Below, piece after piece: positions 19,978-29,556 of a DNA stretch of 64,000 bases; the stretch's first letter is position 1; each line of letters starts with the position of its first letter. Both the position numbers and the translations under genes were made by a program. A model generated the notes under the pieces. It had not been told where the DNA came from, made no database searches, and worked only from the letters and a program-made list of their open reading frames with translations. Source of the stretch: Candidatus Levyibacteriota bacterium (GTDB lineage Bacteria > Patescibacteriota > Microgenomatia > Levybacterales > UBA12049); assembly GCA_963716145.1 (NCBI GenBank), contig OY970292.1, positions 965,404 through 1,029,403 on the forward strand. Direction: 5' to 3'.

Positions 19978-21468
19978 ATGTTTTGGGCAGATGAATTATT
20001 AAAAAATAGAAATACAAAAGAGTTGATTAATGACTCATGGACTCCATCAGGCATTGTTCATATGGGATCATTAAAAGGTCCTGTTATTCATGATGTCCTA
20101 TACCGTATCCTCAAAGAAAAGAATGCAGACGTAAAATATATTTATGGATTTGATGATGCAGACCCAATTGATGGTCTTTCTCCGGATTTAACTGAGTCTC
20201 ATTCAAAATACTTGGGAGTTCCTATTTCTGTCGCGCCACCGCCTGATGGCAATGGATCATTTAGCGATTACTTCAGCAGTAAAATGAAAAATCTTTTTGA
20301 AGCTTTGGGAATTGATGCTGAGATTTACAAAACAAGCGAACTGTATAAAAACGGAAAATTTAACGAAGCAATAAAGTATGTTTTGGATCATGCAGAAGGG
20401 ATAAGGAAAGTTTATAGTGAAGTTTACCAAAAAGATATCTCCTCTGATTGGTTTCCTCTCCAGATAATTTGTCCCAATTGCGGTAAGTTGGGTACCACGA
20501 AAGTTACGGGGTGGGACGGAAAAGAAGTCAGTTTTGAATGTTCAAAGACTCTTGTAAAATGGGCTATTGGCTGCGGAGAGACAGGAAAAATATCACCATT
20601 TGATGGTAATGGCAAAATGCCTTGGAAAGTAGAATGGGCGGCCAAATGGTGGACATTTGGAGTCACCATTGAAGGTGCGGGTAAAGATCATGCGTCAGCT
20701 GGGGGATCCTATGATGTGGCGATGAAAATTTATAATGATGTATTTAAAAAAGAATTGCCTTTGAAATTTGCATACGAATTTTTCCTTTCAGGCGGAAAAA
20801 AAATGTCTTCCTCAAAAGGGACAGGCTTAACAGGGGAAGATTTATTGGAAGCTTTACCTCCCGAGATTGCAAAATTTCTGATGATACGAACAGAGCCGAA
20901 CCGCGCGGTTGAGTTTACACCAAAAGAAACATTGGTAATTCCTGTTTTATTCGATGAGTATCAAAAAGCCGCTGATGCGTATTTCAATAAAACAGACGAA
21001 GATTTGGCCCGCGTGTTTGAACTATCCCAAATAGACGAAGTTAAAAAACCTCCAGCGGCCCGCTTTTCCGTACTTGCCCAATGGGTGCAAATGCCTAACA
21101 TGGCTGATAAAATAAAAGAAGAAGGTCTTTCCGAATGGGTGGAGTATACAAAAGTTTGGCTTGAGAAATATGCTCCGGAATCGGAAAAGTTTGCAGTAAA
21201 ACAAAGTTTACCTGATTCAGCAAAAAATCTGTCTGAGAAGCAAAAAGATTTATTAAAAAAAATTGCTTCAGAAATTGATAAGGCAAAAGACGCGGAAGAA
21301 TTTCAAACTAAGATTTATGAAATTGGCAAAGAGCTGGGATTAAATGGTAAAGAAGCTTTCGCGGCAATATATTTGTCATTAATCGGAAAAGATCATGGTC
21401 CAAAAGCCGCGTGGTTAATTTTATCTTTGGACAAAGAATTTATAAAAAAAAGATTTCAGGAAGTTTAG
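19978..21468 (+). CDS. lysS: Lysine--tRNA ligase, class I
   Basis: MFWAD, TPSG.VH.G (HIGH-like), CPNCG, KMPWKVEW, GKDH, KMSSSKG. Confidence 0.95.
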   Translation: MFWADELLKNRNTKELINDSWTPSGIVHMGSLKGPVIHDVLYRILKEKNADVKYIYGFDDADPIDGLSPDLTESHSKYLGVPISVAPPPDGNGSFSDYFSSKMKNLFEALGIDAEIYKTSELYKNGKFNEAIKYVLDHAEGIRKVYSEVYQKDISSDWFPLQIICPNCGKLGTTKVTGWDGKEVSFECSKTLVKWAIGCGETGKISPFDGNGKMPWKVEWAAKWWTFGVTIEGAGKDHASAGGSYDVAMKIYNDVFKKELPLKFAYEFFLSGGKKMSSSKGTGLTGEDLLEALPPEIAKFLMIRTEPNRAVEFTPKETLVIPVLFDEYQKAADAYFNKTDEDLARVFELSQIDEVKKPPAARFSVLAQWVQMPNMADKIKEEGLSEWVEYTKVWLEKYAPESEKFAVKQSLPDSAKNLSEKQKDLLKKIASEIDKAKDAEEFQTKIYEIGKELGLNGKEAFAAIYLSLIGKDHGPKAAWLILSLDKEFIKKRFQEV

Positions 21469-21476
21469 TTTACCTC

Positions 21477-22073
21477 ATGAAAAAGCTACTGATCGCTACT
21501 TTTAACAAGGGAAAACTCGAAGATTATAAATCTTTTCTAAAAGACTTACCGCTTAAATTAATTACCCTTGATAATGTGGGGATTACGAAGGACTTTGAAG
21601 AAGTTCATGAGACATTTGAAGAAAACGCCCGGGCAAAAGCTGAATTTTATGCAAAACTTTCAGGTCTTCCAACTCTTGCAGATGATAGCGGAGTTGAAAT
21701 TGCGTTTTACCAAATGACACCAGGAGTTCATACCAAAAGATGGGATGGAGTTGGAAAAAACGATGAACACTACCAAAAGTTTATCTTAGAAAAAATAAAA
21801 ACTATTCCAAAAGATCAAAGACAAGCTCAGTTGCGTGCTGTATTGGCATTGTCAATTTATAGTAAAACTCATATGAGCGAAGGCATTATTAAAGGAATTT
21901 TGACAGAGAAAATTTATCCTCATTCAGACACTCATGGATATCCCTGGAATCGCGTTTTTATAATACCAAAATTAAACAAGTACTACGAGGAACTTACTGA
22001 TGCGGAAAATTATAAATATAACCACCGCCGAGTAGCTCTGGAAAAACTCAAGCAATCCCTCAGAAAAGTTTAG
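21477..22073 (+). CDS. rdgB: Non-canonical purine NTP pyrophosphatase (RdgB/HAM1 family)
   Basis: LIAT.N.GK, E...TF.ENA..KA, ADDSG, PGV, NHR..A; ATG at 21477. Confidence 0.85.
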   Translation: MKKLLIATFNKGKLEDYKSFLKDLPLKLITLDNVGITKDFEEVHETFEENARAKAEFYAKLSGLPTLADDSGVEIAFYQMTPGVHTKRWDGVGKNDEHYQKFILEKIKTIPKDQRQAQLRAVLALSIYSKTHMSEGIIKGILTEKIYPHSDTHGYPWNRVFIIPKLNKYYEELTDAENYKYNHRRVALEKLKQSLRKV

Positions 22074-22126
22074 CATTTTGTCTATTGCATTAGGCATAGG
22101 TTTATTTGATAATTAGAGTGTATAAA

Positions 22127-22157
22127 GCCCCGCCTACGCTAGAGTTTCGGCGGGCAA
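22127..22157. repeat. Short GC-rich REP-like hairpin
   Basis: GCCCCGCCTACGCTAGAGTTTCGGCGGGCAA; resembles the element at 59633-59692. Confidence 0.55.
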
Positions 22158-22172
22158 AGGAGGTGATTAATT

Positions 22173-22622
22173 ATGGCAAAAGAATCAAATAATAGTATTA
22201 TCGACACACTGGAGGATTTTTTCAAAAAAGCTCCCGCAATTCCAGCAAATGGACGTGAGGCGATTGTTAATATTACGCCAATTCTCGCAATTATTTTTGG
22301 AATAATTGGTGTTCTGACAGCTCTTTCGGGTTTTGGAATTTTAACTTTTCTTGCACCTTTTGCAGCATTAGGAGGAGCACGGGAATTTGCTTCATACGGA
22401 GGCGTACAGATATCAATGATATTTTATCTGGTTGCATCGGCTATGCTTTTAATGTCTTATCCCGGTGTTAAGGCACGTAAGCTTTCAGGGTGGAATTTAC
22501 TTTTTTGGAGTGAAGTAGTAAATATTGTAAGCTCAGTTATATCAGGTTCAATCTTGAACGGAGTAATAGCAGCGCTTATAGGATTTTATTTATTGTTCCA
22601 GATAAAATCTTACTATAAGTAA
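22173..22622 (+). CDS. Hypothetical multi-TM membrane protein
   Basis: Strong SD AAGGAGGTGA; about four hydrophobic helices. Confidence 0.8.
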   Translation: MAKESNNSIIDTLEDFFKKAPAIPANGREAIVNITPILAIIFGIIGVLTALSGFGILTFLAPFAALGGAREFASYGGVQISMIFYLVASAMLLMSYPGVKARKLSGWNLLFWSEVVNIVSSVISGSILNGVIAALIGFYLLFQIKSYYK

Positions 22623-22646
22623 GTCTTATTGAATTTATTTTTGATC

Positions 22647-22680
22647 AAATCCCACCTCGGGACTGGGTGGGATTTTGTTT
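22647..22680 (+). terminator. Intrinsic terminator
   Basis: AAATCCCACC-9 nt-GGTGGGATTT followed by TGTTT. Confidence 0.7.
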
Positions 22681-22728
22681 GTCAATTTTATAGCTGTTTG
22701 ATAAGATGATATATACCCTTTTTTGAAA

Positions 22729-23571
22729 ATGAAAAAAATACTTTTTTTTCTTATTTTGGCAATATTTCTAGGAGTTATTTTTTTTATTCTATTTCAATAT
22801 TTAGTCAGTTCCCGTTCTCAAAAAGGAGCATTGCAAGTAACGTCTAGCCCTGAAAGTAAGGTTTATCTGAACGATAAGTATCTGGGAGACACACCTCTTT
22901 GTAAGTGTGAGTCAGAGGATATGCAAAGGTCAGGCAATTACACAATCCGACTTGTGCCAACCAATAAAAATTTATCGGAGTTTCAGGAAAAAATAAATAT
23001 AACAGATGGAGTATTGACTGTGATTGACCGAAAATTTGGTAAAGGATCTGATTCTTCCGGTAGCGTTATCGCACTGACTCCATTAAATGATAAAAAAGCA
23101 ACCGAGCTTCTTGTTGTGTCAATTCCGTCAAAATCAACAATTTTACTTGATAATAACCCGATTGGGAATACTCCAATACTTTTTAAAAATCCTACGGAAT
23201 CTGACCATGCCCTGCAAATAGTAAAGGAAGGATATGAAGAAAAAACTGTCAGAATAAGAACGCCGCTTGGATACAAGCTTACAGTTACAGTATATTTAAG
23301 TACAAGTAATGCGTTGGATACCGCCACCCAATCAGCGTCTGTTTCTCCATCCGCAACTCCAACTCCTCTGGCAAGTAAAGTTACTATTTTGGATACGCCA
23401 ACAGGATTCTTAAGAGTTCGGGAAAGCGCCTCTATTGGATCAGCAGAGATCGCCAGAGTTGCCTCGCCAGATAGCTATGAAATTTTAAGTGAGCAGCAGG
23501 GATGGTTTGAAATAAAATTGAAAGATGGAAAAATCGGCTGGATCTCAAGCCAATACGCAAGTAAGCAGTAG
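22729..23571 (+). CDS. PEGA-domain + SH3-domain membrane-anchored protein
   Basis: Two PEGA-like repeats (LQVTSSP...VYLN..YLG.TP; VVSIP....LLDN..IG.TP..KEGY); C-terminal SH3 (LRVR....GWFEI...GWISSQY). Confidence 0.85.
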   Translation: MKKILFFLILAIFLGVIFFILFQYLVSSRSQKGALQVTSSPESKVYLNDKYLGDTPLCKCESEDMQRSGNYTIRLVPTNKNLSEFQEKINITDGVLTVIDRKFGKGSDSSGSVIALTPLNDKKATELLVVSIPSKSTILLDNNPIGNTPILFKNPTESDHALQIVKEGYEEKTVRIRTPLGYKLTVTVYLSTSNALDTATQSASVSPSATPTPLASKVTILDTPTGFLRVRESASIGSAEIARVASPDSYEILSEQQGWFEIKLKDGKIGWISSQYASKQ

Positions 23572-23621
23572 GCTTAATTTTCTCCTTTAAGAAAACATGC
23601 GTATTTGATATACTACCCGTC

Positions 23622-24152
23622 ATGGGAATTTCTGAAGGCGATCCACAGAGCAGGTTTAGAGGAAGGTTTCGGCGTGGTATTAATCCACTTAAAAAATGGA
23701 GAAAAGACTTTGGTCCTAGACTTGAAGAGCATGAAAGAGAAAAAAGATACGGAATTATGGCTGGAGATTTAACGACAGACGTTTTTATTGGAATAGTTGC
23801 TGTTTACGATAGCGTTGCAGGCACCAACAAAGCAGAATATTACAGAACCCACCCAGCTGAAGTAGAGCTTAAGATAAAACCAGTACTCCAAGGTCTAATA
23901 ATCAGTGGAGACGCAGATTGGAGGTTTAAATCTAGTTTATCAGAAAATTCAAAATTAAGTATAATGCCTGCTGGTCTGACAGAAGGTGGCGATAGGCTAT
24001 TAAAATTTAATTTTGAACCACAAGAAGATACTGAAAACGGGGATAGCGAAGAAGGGAAAGATATGCAGGCAATATTTAGAAGTAGGTTAGAGAAATATCT
24101 TTCTGAGCAGGGACTTGCAGTTGAGTTAAGATATCCCCATACTCTTGGATAG
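23622..24152 (+). CDS. Hypothetical protein
   Basis: 176-aa ORF preceded by TGnTATACT. Confidence 0.65.
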   Translation: MGISEGDPQSRFRGRFRRGINPLKKWRKDFGPRLEEHEREKRYGIMAGDLTTDVFIGIVAVYDSVAGTNKAEYYRTHPAEVELKIKPVLQGLIISGDADWRFKSSLSENSKLSIMPAGLTEGGDRLLKFNFEPQEDTENGDSEEGKDMQAIFRSRLEKYLSEQGLAVELRYPHTLG

Positions 24153-24182
24153 AGATTGCTAAGTGAGTTGAGAATGAATATT

Positions 24183-25127
24183 TCAGGCCTTGATGAAGTA
24201 GATTATAAATACAACCAGCAATGCCCATATGACCACGGCTGTAAGTAGGGCGCGGTCTGAGAATAGGACTCGCTCAGGTGACTCTCCCTCATGTTTTTCA
24301 TAAATCCGCTGCAGATAACGCATAATCCCATATACAACGGGAATTATTGTGATCATCAGCCATTTTCGCTGTAGATAAGTGCCCAAAATATCGGCCGGAA
24401 TTAGATCGGTTGTAAATTGGCGTCCCTTTGGATTCTCAAGAAACGTAAATAACGAATAAAAGACAAAGGCACTCGTTGCAAAAATGGAGAGGTAAACATC
24501 CAAAAGCTTTTCTGTATAATGCGATAGAGTTTTGCGAGTTGTTGAGATTTGTGCTGCGGTAGCTCCGGCAAGAAGCGTTAGCTCTGAACGCCTTTTTCCA
24601 ATAGCCAGAAAAAGCGATAGGGCAATTGTTGTCAAAAGAAGCCATGCTGAGATATGAAAACCGCTTACAGCCTCTCCGGCAAGAACACGCAGAATATAGC
24701 CTCCTGCAAGCGTTAGGATATCTACAATTTCAATTTGTTTGAGAAGCGCCGAATAAGCAACATGCAGCAGGAAGTAAACAACGGTAATTATAAAAAAAGT
24801 AGGAGCAATTAAGAAACTTAAATAAAATGAACTAAGTGTCAATATTAAAGCAATAATTGTAGCTGTTTTTATGGAAATATTTTGATTAGCAAGAGGACGG
24901 AATTTTTTAAATGGATGAAGTCTATCTTTCTTAACATCAAAAATATCATTTATTACATAAATAGCGCTACTCATAGCGCAAAAAACAATAAATCCATAAG
25001 AAACTTCTTGAATCAAGACAGGGTCAAGAAGCTGCCCGCTAAATATTAGTGCTGCAAAAATAGCAAGATTTTTAATCCATTGGCGAGGACGCAAGAGACG
25101 TAAAGTGTCACGAAATTGTTTATTCAT
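24183..25127 (-). CDS. UbiA family prenyltransferase (decaprenyl-phosphate phosphoribosyltransferase-like)
   Basis: LRPRQWIKN, YVINDIFD...DRLHP.K..RPLA, KRRSEL, GESPE motifs. Confidence 0.88.
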   Translation of the reverse strand: MNKQFRDTLRLLRPRQWIKNLAIFAALIFSGQLLDPVLIQEVSYGFIVFCAMSSAIYVINDIFDVKKDRLHPFKKFRPLANQNISIKTATIIALILTLSSFYLSFLIAPTFFIITVVYFLLHVAYSALLKQIEIVDILTLAGGYILRVLAGEAVSGFHISAWLLLTTIALSLFLAIGKRRSELTLLAGATAAQISTTRKTLSHYTEKLLDVYLSIFATSAFVFYSLFTFLENPKGRQFTTDLIPADILGTYLQRKWLMITIIPVVYGIMRYLQRIYEKHEGESPERVLFSDRALLTAVVIWALLVVFIIYFIKA

Positions 25128-26205
25128 TTTCATTTGGATTTTCAGTAACTTTATGTAAAAAAAACAGTCCTCCTCCAGCAATTACAATTAACATTATCAA
25201 AGCAAAAACTTTACTACGGCTTGTTAAAGTTAATGAAATTAAACCTAATATAGCAGAGACACACCAATAAAACAATGCAACTTGTCTTTGGGAATAACCA
25301 AGCTTCAAAAAAATATGATGCAAATGCTTGTTATCACCTTTAAACGGTGATTTTTTATTAGCAATTCGCCTAATAATCGTAAACACAAAATCGACAAGCG
25401 GTACACCCATAACGAGCACTGCGGTTGCCAATTTGGCACTGGACAAAATTGAAACAATTCCCAAAAGCAGATATATAGTTGTCGCTCCATATCCAGGGAA
25501 AATTTTGGCTGGATAAAAATTGTGGATAAGAAATCCAATTGCTGCGCCTGCAATAATAAAGGATAATTTTACGTCTAAGAATCCAGTCCCGGCACCGGTT
25601 GGATTAAGCCTAAGGCTTAGTAAGCCGATTACAATTGCTGATATCGCAACAATGCCGGGCATTTGTCCGTCAACTCCTTTACTCCAATTTATCATGTTCA
25701 TTACCCAGATAAGCCAGAGAACTGATAATACATCAGAAAGAAGAAAATTAAAGATTGGAAGCCTCATAGCATCAAGATGTAAGATTCCACCCCCAAACGG
25801 ATTGGTGATAAAGTGGATACTTACACCACTCCCGACAACAATGACTGCCGTCGCAATATTTATTAAAAGACGCAGGTATGGTGAAACATCCCGAGATTTA
25901 GAATTTAATTTATCGTCAACCACTCCAATAAGAAGAGCAAGAAAAGAAGCAAAAAAGAGCGCGATTGTAATACTGGTTTTTGGCAGAAAAATAATTCCCG
26001 CAATGAGAATTCCAATAAAAAGTGGAATTCCTCCTCCACGTGGAATGGGTTTGGTGTGTATCATTGCGGGATGTTTATGAAGTTTGGGATCATCAACTAT
26101 CCTAAGTTTTTTAAGAAAAAAAATAGCTATCGGGGTTGCAAGAGCTGTTCCGGTGAGCGCGGTTAAAAAAGGTAAAATAAAGAAATCGTTTGGAAAATTC
26201 ATCAC
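25120..26205 (-). CDS. MraY/WecA-like polyprenyl-phosphate GlcNAc-1-phosphate transferase (Glycos_transf_4)
   Basis: H..PIPRGGG, IGVVDD, N.INW..GVDG, NFYPAKIF.G, RR....SPFKGD.KHLHH. Confidence 0.9.
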   Translation of the reverse strand: MMNFPNDFFILPFLTALTGTALATPIAIFFLKKLRIVDDPKLHKHPAMIHTKPIPRGGGIPLFIGILIAGIIFLPKTSITIALFFASFLALLIGVVDDKLNSKSRDVSPYLRLLINIATAVIVVGSGVSIHFITNPFGGGILHLDAMRLPIFNFLLSDVLSVLWLIWVMNMINWSKGVDGQMPGIVAISAIVIGLLSLRLNPTGAGTGFLDVKLSFIIAGAAIGFLIHNFYPAKIFPGYGATTIYLLLGIVSILSSAKLATAVLVMGVPLVDFVFTIIRRIANKKSPFKGDNKHLHHIFLKLGYSQRQVALFYWCVSAILGLISLTLTSRSKVFALIMLIVIAGGGLFFLHKVTENPNENE

Positions 26206-26555
26206 ACTAGCAAATATATAGTTCTTATTATAAAAATAAATGAAAGAATAGACGCCAAAAATGTAGTAATGCTAAGTATACGGGAAAGAAGAGGAGTCTT
26301 TTCATATAAGCGGGTTGATACTAAAAAATTAAAACTTAGAAATACAATTGTGAGAAAAACAGGAAGGAATATTGCGGGTTTAATTCCAAGTCTTTTTTCT
26401 CCCCAAGGCATCTGATTGAAAAGGGGCAATAGAGGGGGAAGAGAAAAGTAGAAAATTCCAATTGATATAATTTCCAGTATTAAAAAAATACCTGAAATAA
26501 TCAAGCACCACCTAGTAATTTTATCTTCAAAAGATAATTTAATAGTTCCGCTCAT
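26202..26555 (-). CDS. Small membrane protein (DUF1648-like)
   Basis: Three TM helices with LPP.LPLF...PWGE; likely ATG at 26555. Confidence 0.7.
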   Translation of the reverse strand: MSGTIKLSFEDKITRWCLIISGIFLILEIISIGIFYFSLPPLLPLFNQMPWGEKRLGIKPAIFLPVFLTIVFLSFNFLVSTRLYEKTPLLSRILSITTFLASILSFIFIIRTIYLLV

Positions 26556-28047
26556 AAAAAACAACGTCTTTAAAAACAAATTTAGTACTATACATTGACA
26601 GGTGGAATGGAAAAGGGCGAGATTCCGGTAAGGTAATAACATATTTAGGTTTTGCCAAATTTAGGGCTGTTTGGGTTTGCTCAAGCCCTCCTTTATATTG
26701 TCCTATGTGGTACGAAACAGCATATTTACCGGGAGGAAGCTTTTCAGAAAGCGCATAAATTTGTGCGGTATCGCCCCAGAGGAATACATTGTCTGCGGAG
26801 CTAGTGTGTGTTTTGATGAATGAAGCAATCTCATAGTCCCTAGGGGTTTTTTGGTCAAAAAATGATTGGTAGGAAATTACATCCTTCTTATTCATTAAGA
26901 AAGACAGGGCATTTTCGTAATAACGGAGTGATTTATTTAGGTTAGGTTTAAAAACTGAGCTAAGTAGAATTATTGTACAAACAAGCGTTAGCAAATAAAT
27001 AGATTTATCCCGCTTTTTGTTTGTTGCCGACAGCAGTCCTACCAAAAGGCATAGGCTAGGTACTGTTACAAGGGTATAGTGTGTATAAGGACGTCCTGAG
27101 AAGAAAGTATTGAAAAGGGAAAAAACGAGCCACAGTAGAACAAACATAAAAGCTTTGTTTAGTTGTTTTCTTCTCCAAAAAATAATCAAAACAGCTGTGC
27201 TCAAAAGAGCTAGCTTGAGTATCAAAAGCCCCTGTGGAATAATTAGTTTATTACCATAACCAACATATCCGACGTTTGAGAAAAATACCGCTGTCGTGAA
27301 ATCCGAAAATGCATGATTGAATAGAAAATATAAAAAAGTAATAATAATTGGAAATATAAATCCTAAAAATATTGGGTGGATAGGCTTTATTTCATTTTTT
27401 AAAAATGATTTTAGTTTAGAAAAATTACTTGGTAATTTATCCGGAGCATTAATAATAATTATAAAAATACAAAATGCGGCAAGATCAAATACAGCAACGA
27501 TTTTAAATAAAAATGCAATTCCTAGAAGAAAACCGGCAGCAGGAAGAATTAAGAATTTAGAATTAAGAATTAAGAATTGACGTTTAGAACTTAGAGAATA
27601 TACGAGTAATCCGGCTGTTGTAGTAAGTGGGAGCATAAAGTTCTCAGCGTTTGCAATATTTCCTTCCAGAATTGGAGTAGCAAATAGCAAAACAAAAAAC
27701 AGTGTTGAAATTATACTTGCTTTTAATTGTTTAAAGAGCAGTAGAGTAAGATAGAAAAATGACCATATGGCGAGAACCCCGCTAATTAAGGAAAAAAGCC
27801 TTACCTGAAATTGATCACCGTGAAAAAGGGAATAGACTATGTAAAGAAGTGGTGGTTTATTATCCCAAATTTGAACATACAGTAAACGGCCTTTATTTAT
27901 GGCAATCCCCAAAACCTGATAGATTCCTTCATCGCCATACCAGTTAGGTTCTATAAGGGAGGGAAGTCGAAGGAGGAAGAATATAAATGATAGCCCCAAT
28001 ATATACCAGAATGTTTTGTTTCTTTCTAATTTGGCAAGTATTTTCAT
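26539..28047 (-). CDS. GT-C fold membrane glycosyltransferase (PMT/ArnT-like)
   Basis: LRLP.....YGDEGIY, WDNKPPL, NAE.F; many TM helices. Confidence 0.85.
   Translation of the reverse strand: MKILAKLERNKTFWYILGLSFIFFLLRLPSLIEPNWYGDEGIYQVLGIAINKGRLLYVQIWDNKPPLLYIVYSLFHGDQFQVRLFSLISGVLAIWSFFYLTLLLFKQLKASIISTLFFVLLFATPILEGNIANAENFMLPLTTTAGLLVYSLSSKRQFLILNSKFLILPAAGFLLGIAFLFKIVAVFDLAAFCIFIIIINAPDKLPSNFSKLKSFLKNEIKPIHPIFLGFIFPIIITFLYFLFNHAFSDFTTAVFFSNVGYVGYGNKLIIPQGLLILKLALLSTAVLIIFWRRKQLNKAFMFVLLWLVFSLFNTFFSGRPYTHYTLVTVPSLCLLVGLLSATNKKRDKSIYLLTLVCTIILLSSVFKPNLNKSLRYYENALSFLMNKKDVISYQSFFDQKTPRDYEIASFIKTHTSSADNVFLWGDTAQIYALSEKLPPGKYAVSYHIGQYKGGLEQTQTALNLAKPKYVITLPESRPFPFHLSMYSTKFVFKDVVFYERNY
27544..27578. 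repeat. Five-copy heptamer (AAGAATT) array within the GT-C gene
   Basis: AAGAATT AAGAATT TAGAATT AAGAATT AAGAATT; translated on the minus strand as part of QFLILNSKFLIL. Confidence 0.75.
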
Positions 28048-28048
28048 T

Positions 28049-29542
28049 TCAGACTTTTTCTGTCACTTTATATTCTAGTCTTTTATTGAACATTAGTTGA
28101 GTATGAGAAATAAGAGCAGGCAAAGAGGATAGGAAAAATCCGACTAAAGGCATAAGAAGAAATTCAAACGGGAAGAGCAATTTTTTGTAGAGTGGTAAAT
28201 TTTCTCCCTCAGGCCTATTCTTGTATTCGAGATACATCATGGCAATAAGTGCAATTAGACAAAAGTTTAGAATGAAACCGGCCATACGGGGAAGACTAAA
28301 ACCTAAAGCAGTACGTGAATACACGGGATTGACAATCGCCATAACATTCGCCGCGATGGTAATTATAAACCAATTGGTGGGCCAAAGAATGTGGTCCAGC
28401 AATACATGGTAAACTATCCCTGTTTTTCGCATAAATGGCATATCCGGTACAGTAAACCACCATTTGATAAAAAGCGGGTTATCAGAAACTCCCCATGACC
28501 AGCGTCTTTCCTGAATATATTTATTTTTGAGACTTTTGATATAGCTTGTTGATTGGGCTGCATCCATAGAAGTTTTCAGAAATATCGGCTCAACCCAAAT
28601 CTGTCCTTTCTTCATGAAAAATGATTTGAAGAATATTCGGTAGTCCTCAGGAATAACATCAGTATCCCAATAACCGACTTCTTTTAGGAGTTTAAACGAA
28701 AGGGAATATGTTGACTGGGTAATAAGTCTATCTCCCTGAACCAGAAGTGCAATACGCCAAAGGCTTCCAAAAAATGAAAGTATACGCGTGGGAGCAGGTA
28801 CCTGCCAAGTATTGGTGTGAAATACAACTGCCGACTGCCAAAATTTGTTATAGCGCTTTTTGTCTCCAAGAAATTTATAAGTGAGATAGGAAAAATATTC
28901 CTTATGGAAAAGCGAATCCGCATCAACTGATGATATAGTCGCGTAGTCAATGTCTAAATTACTTTTTCTAAATAGTTTGTCATAAGCAAGCCGCCCTGCA
29001 TATGCTTCGTTGGATGATTTACCTTTTATTTCTCCCGGAACATCAGGGTGATAGGTCGCAAATATACTCCCAAATATAGGGCTGAATTCCCTGATCAATA
29101 TTGCGGCACGTATTTTGGCTTCCGGCTCTCTTTCTTCCATGGCAAGTACAATATGCAAATTTTTTCTAGGAAAAGATTGTTTTGCCAGTACATTGAGAGT
29201 TATTCTAACTTTTTCCACCTTTTCTTTGTAGTTGGGGATTATAAGTATATGATTTACCTTTGATACATTTTTTAATTTTTTTGATTTGGCAAGCCAATTT
29301 TCTTTTTCAGCAATCTTAATTTTTTTGGATGCCAGATAAGCAGTTCTTACTAAAGAAAATGATTTATAAAACCAATAAACATCAAAAAATAAAATAAAAT
29401 ATGCAAGAAGAGTTGGGATAAAAAAAGATCCCCAAATGGGGAAAAGGATTATTGTCCAAGCCATAAATCCCGGGAAAAGCTCAAGCAATCTTCTTGTCTT
29501 AATTGGGTAACGGCTGAAGACTTTGTTAAAGAAGTTGGTCAT
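28049..29542 (-). CDS. Family 2 (processive-type) membrane glycosyltransferase
   Basis: IPNYKE, KGKSSN, DADS, ED, QERRWSWG (QxxRW) motifs flanked by TM helices. Confidence 0.88.
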   Translation of the reverse strand: MTNFFNKVFSRYPIKTRRLLELFPGFMAWTIILFPIWGSFFIPTLLAYFILFFDVYWFYKSFSLVRTAYLASKKIKIAEKENWLAKSKKLKNVSKVNHILIIPNYKEKVEKVRITLNVLAKQSFPRKNLHIVLAMEEREPEAKIRAAILIREFSPIFGSIFATYHPDVPGEIKGKSSNEAYAGRLAYDKLFRKSNLDIDYATISSVDADSLFHKEYFSYLTYKFLGDKKRYNKFWQSAVVFHTNTWQVPAPTRILSFFGSLWRIALLVQGDRLITQSTYSLSFKLLKEVGYWDTDVIPEDYRIFFKSFFMKKGQIWVEPIFLKTSMDAAQSTSYIKSLKNKYIQERRWSWGVSDNPLFIKWWFTVPDMPFMRKTGIVYHVLLDHILWPTNWFIITIAANVMAIVNPVYSRTALGFSLPRMAGFILNFCLIALIAMMYLEYKNRPEGENLPLYKKLLFPFEFLLMPLVGFFLSSLPALISHTQLMFNKRLEYKVTEKV

Positions 29543-29556
29543 AGTTTTAAATAAAT

